Positions 62,148 through 64,000 of a stretch of 64,000 bases of DNA are shown here, in pieces. The notes under the pieces were generated by a model that was given only the letters and a program-made list of their open reading frames with translations, was not told the origin of the DNA and made no database searches. Each line of letters opens with the position of its first letter. Positions within the stretch are counted from its first letter, which is position 1. The DNA comes from Paraphysomonas bandaiensis. Its lineage: Eukaryota; Protista; Chrysophyceae. Both the position numbers and the translations under genes were made by a program. The stretch covers positions 72,992-136,991 of the forward strand of contig CBFFRP010000463.1 of the NCBI GenBank assembly GCA_965644295.1, in the 5' to 3' direction.

Positions 62148-62531
62148 TTAAAAACAACCTGCATAAGATGTTTGTTTGGAATACTTTTTAATTACTTCTC
62201 TAGTCATTATGTGATTGTTTTCATTTTTAATTTTAAGTATGCTTTGAGGTAAATATTTGAAAACTTCTTTTTCATACCAACAAATAGGTTTAGTAAATTC
62301 AAGATGTGTTATTGTGTTAGGAATATTTTTAATAATTTTATTTAGTTTTCTCATAGATACTTCTGTATGTATCATATATTCATCACTCTTTCGAACGTTC
62401 ATGTCAAAAGGTCTTGTTAATATATAATACATTTTCGAATCTTTAAATACAATACATCTTATTTCTTTATCATTTTGTAGCTTTGAATATAAACTGTCAA
62501 TTTCTTCAATGTCAATTGTTAAAGTTTTCAT
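62148..62531 (-). CDS. Viral protein with FNIP/IP22-like repeats
   Basis: IPNTITHLEF and LPQSILKI segments. Confidence 0.5.
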   Translation of the reverse strand: MKTLTIDIEEIDSLYSKLQNDKEIRCIVFKDSKMYYILTRPFDMNVRKSDEYMIHTEVSMRKLNKIIKNIPNTITHLEFTKPICWYEKEVFKYLPQSILKIKNENNHIMTREVIKKYSKQTSYAGCF

Positions 62532-62645
62532 AATATATATATTATATATATAAAATTAGTTTTTTAAATTGTTTTATAATAAAATTATTATTTTTATTAA
62601 ATTTGAAAACTATATTTTTTATATAAACATTATTATATATACTTT

Positions 62646-62969
62646 ATGGCAGATTTTGTTATATGTTTAAAAAATGAACTCTTCGCAATACCAAAGACAA
62701 AGAAACCTCAAGTCCAAACAGAAATATCAAACATAGTAAAACAAATTGAAGGATATAAAGCCTTAATCAAAGACTTGGAAATACAGAAACGAAAAAAACA
62801 AGTTGAACTTCTCAGTGAAAGACAACAAATATATTATAAGAATCCAATCAATAGAAACTTACCAAGTGAACAACTTGAAAAAACTAAAGCTTATGAGAAA
62901 AGACAAAAGCTATTAAAAGAATATGATGATTCACACGGTTCTTATATTAAACCTGAACAAGGCTATTAA
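62646..62969 (+). CDS. Viral hypothetical coiled-coil protein (107 aa)
   Basis: ATG-initiated ORF with TATATA upstream. Confidence 0.6.
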   Translation: MADFVICLKNELFAIPKTKKPQVQTEISNIVKQIEGYKALIKDLEIQKRKKQVELLSERQQIYYKNPINRNLPSEQLEKTKAYEKRQKLLKEYDDSHGSYIKPEQGY

Positions 62970-63034
62970 TTTTTTTAAAACGTTACATATACAAATGTAT
63001 ATATAATACTAACTAACTATAATGACAACAAAAT

Positions 63035-63202
63035 TTATAGATTATACATCTTCTTATATTTCTCCATATTCATAATCATTGACTTCATCTCTTCAATCTC
63101 TTTATAACATTTCTTATGATATTCTCTTGATTCCCAATCATTGTTTATTCTTTTTATAGTTTTACCACAATGTTCGCATTTTCTTTTAATTTCTCTAGAC
63201 AT
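63035..63202 (-). CDS. Small viral zinc-binding protein (55 aa; not in the ORF track)
   Basis: MSREIKRKCEHCGKTIKRINNDWESREYHKKCYKEIEEMKSMIMNMEKYKKMYNL contains CxxC...HxxC; exact upstream motif match. Confidence 0.7.
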   Translation of the reverse strand: MSREIKRKCEHCGKTIKRINNDWESREYHKKCYKEIEEMKSMIMNMEKYKKMYNL

Positions 63203-63248
63203 GATATATAATATATATATATAATATTTTTTAAATTGTTTTATATAT

Positions 63249-63415
63249 TTTTGAAAAAATATTTTGAATAGAATAAATATTTTTGATAAATTATTTTGAA
63301 AAAATATTTTGAATAGAATAAATATTTTTGATAAATTATTTTGAAAAAATATTTTGAATAGAATAAATATTTTTGATAAATTATTTTGAAAAAATATTTT
63401 GAATAGAATAAATTA
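63249..63415 (-). repeat. Viral repeat array 3 (inverted relative to arrays 1 and 2)
   Basis: Three copies plus a partial copy of ATAAATATTTTTGATAAATTATTTTGAAAAAATATTTTGAATAGA, the exact reverse complement of the 45-bp unit of array 1. Confidence 0.95.
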
Positions 63416-63418
63416 TTT

Positions 63419-64000
63419 TTAATAATATGAACCTATATTTGATATTACTTTCGTTGGTGATGTTCCTGAATTAGTATATATTATTGTTATTGTTTGCAAT
63501 ATTGCTCCTGATGTTGTCACATCGTCTACATTAATATTTGCGAGTCCTCCTGACACATTCAACGTTTCTGAAACCGCATTAACTTTCAAGGTGTTTATAT
63601 GTGCTTTGTAACTTGATGTATCTATTATAACAGAAACTGTAAAACTTGTATTTGTTAAGTTACTTGAATTAATATTCGTTATATCAAGTTCAAAATTTGT
63701 ATCACTTGTTAAACCATTGAAATATATAATTGAACCATTGCTATAATTATATGTCAACACATTTGAAGAAAACGTATATGTTGTGCTGATGGATTCGCTT
63801 ATTTGTTTAGTTGTTATATTTCCTGTCATTGTTCCGCCTGTTAAATTCAATTTTGTATTTTCAAGTGTTGTAATATTGCCGTCTATTGTACTTAACAAGT
63901 TATCAATTGTATCAGTAAATGTATAGTTATAAACTAATTCAGAATTTAACATGTTATTTACGTCGATTAAATCATGCTTATCACTTTGTAAGTTTGTTAT
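63419..64000 (-). CDS. C-terminal part of a second fibre-like protein (start outside the window)
   Basis: The frame stays open from 64000 (ITNLQSDKHDLIDVNNMLNSELV...). KLNLTGGTMTGNI fibre motif and a T/S/N-rich beta C-terminus. Confidence 0.7.
   Translation of the reverse strand: MTNLQSDKHDLIDVNNMLNSELVYNYTFTDTIDNLLSTIDGNITTLENTKLNLTGGTMTGNITTKQISESISTTYTFSSNVLTYNYSNGSIIYFNGLTSDTNFELDITNINSSNLTNTSFTVSVIIDTSSYKAHINTLKVNAVSETLNVSGGLANINVDDVTTSGAILQTITIIYTNSGTSPTKVISNIGSYY

Larger units (their letters stand above)
50182..64000. mobile_element. Endogenous Polinton-like virus / virophage-like element (left part; continues past the window)
   Basis: Abrupt switch to very AT-rich, intron-free, densely packed ORFs. 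Morphogenesis module of A32-type ATPase, minor capsid, major capsid and adenain-like protease. About 1 kb of non-coding, repeat-rich terminus starting ACACACACAGAGAGGGGG. Confidence 0.9.

Noticed and set aside
63249-63415. Inverted array as the right TIR of the virus
   Set aside because: It is followed by a coding region rather than the reverse complement of 50182-50675, so it is an internal copy.

Overview
This is eukaryotic nuclear DNA with short GT-AG introns and the standard genetic code. The gene content and transposon types suggest a flagellated stramenopile or similar protist (inference). Bases 1-43.5 kb are host DNA: an EF-hand/CorA Mg2+ transporter, CSN2, SMU1, a kinesin, RIO2, a PNRC/Edc1-like protein, a sulfatase, a CudA-like factor, a decaying C2H2 zinc-finger array, a CEP164-like protein and an EF-hand ciliary protein, mixed with transposon remnants. 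Bases 43.5-50.2 kb are a nested transposon stack. A Ty1/copia element is split at its gag start codon by a 5.8-kb Mutator element, which itself carries a 2-kb internally deleted copia with LTRs identical by eye. From about 50182 to the window end, the same gag is interrupted by a very AT-rich, intron-free endogenous dsDNA virus of the Polinton-like/virophage type. It encodes a packaging ATPase, minor and major capsid proteins, an adenain-like protease, a lipase and fibre-like proteins; its replication and integration genes and right end must lie beyond 64000. The most interesting signals are inside this virus: (i) a bipartite motif resembling the giant-virus late promoter in front of nearly every ORF, suggesting a virophage lifestyle; (ii) three dispersed arrays of one 45-bp repeat family, reminiscent of baculovirus hr elements; (iii) a candidate -1 ribosomal frameshift that adds a hydrophobic tail; (iv) adenain-type cleavage sites in putative virion proteins, including a lipase with a cleavable leader. 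Family assignments come from motif recognition by eye; no database searches were run.
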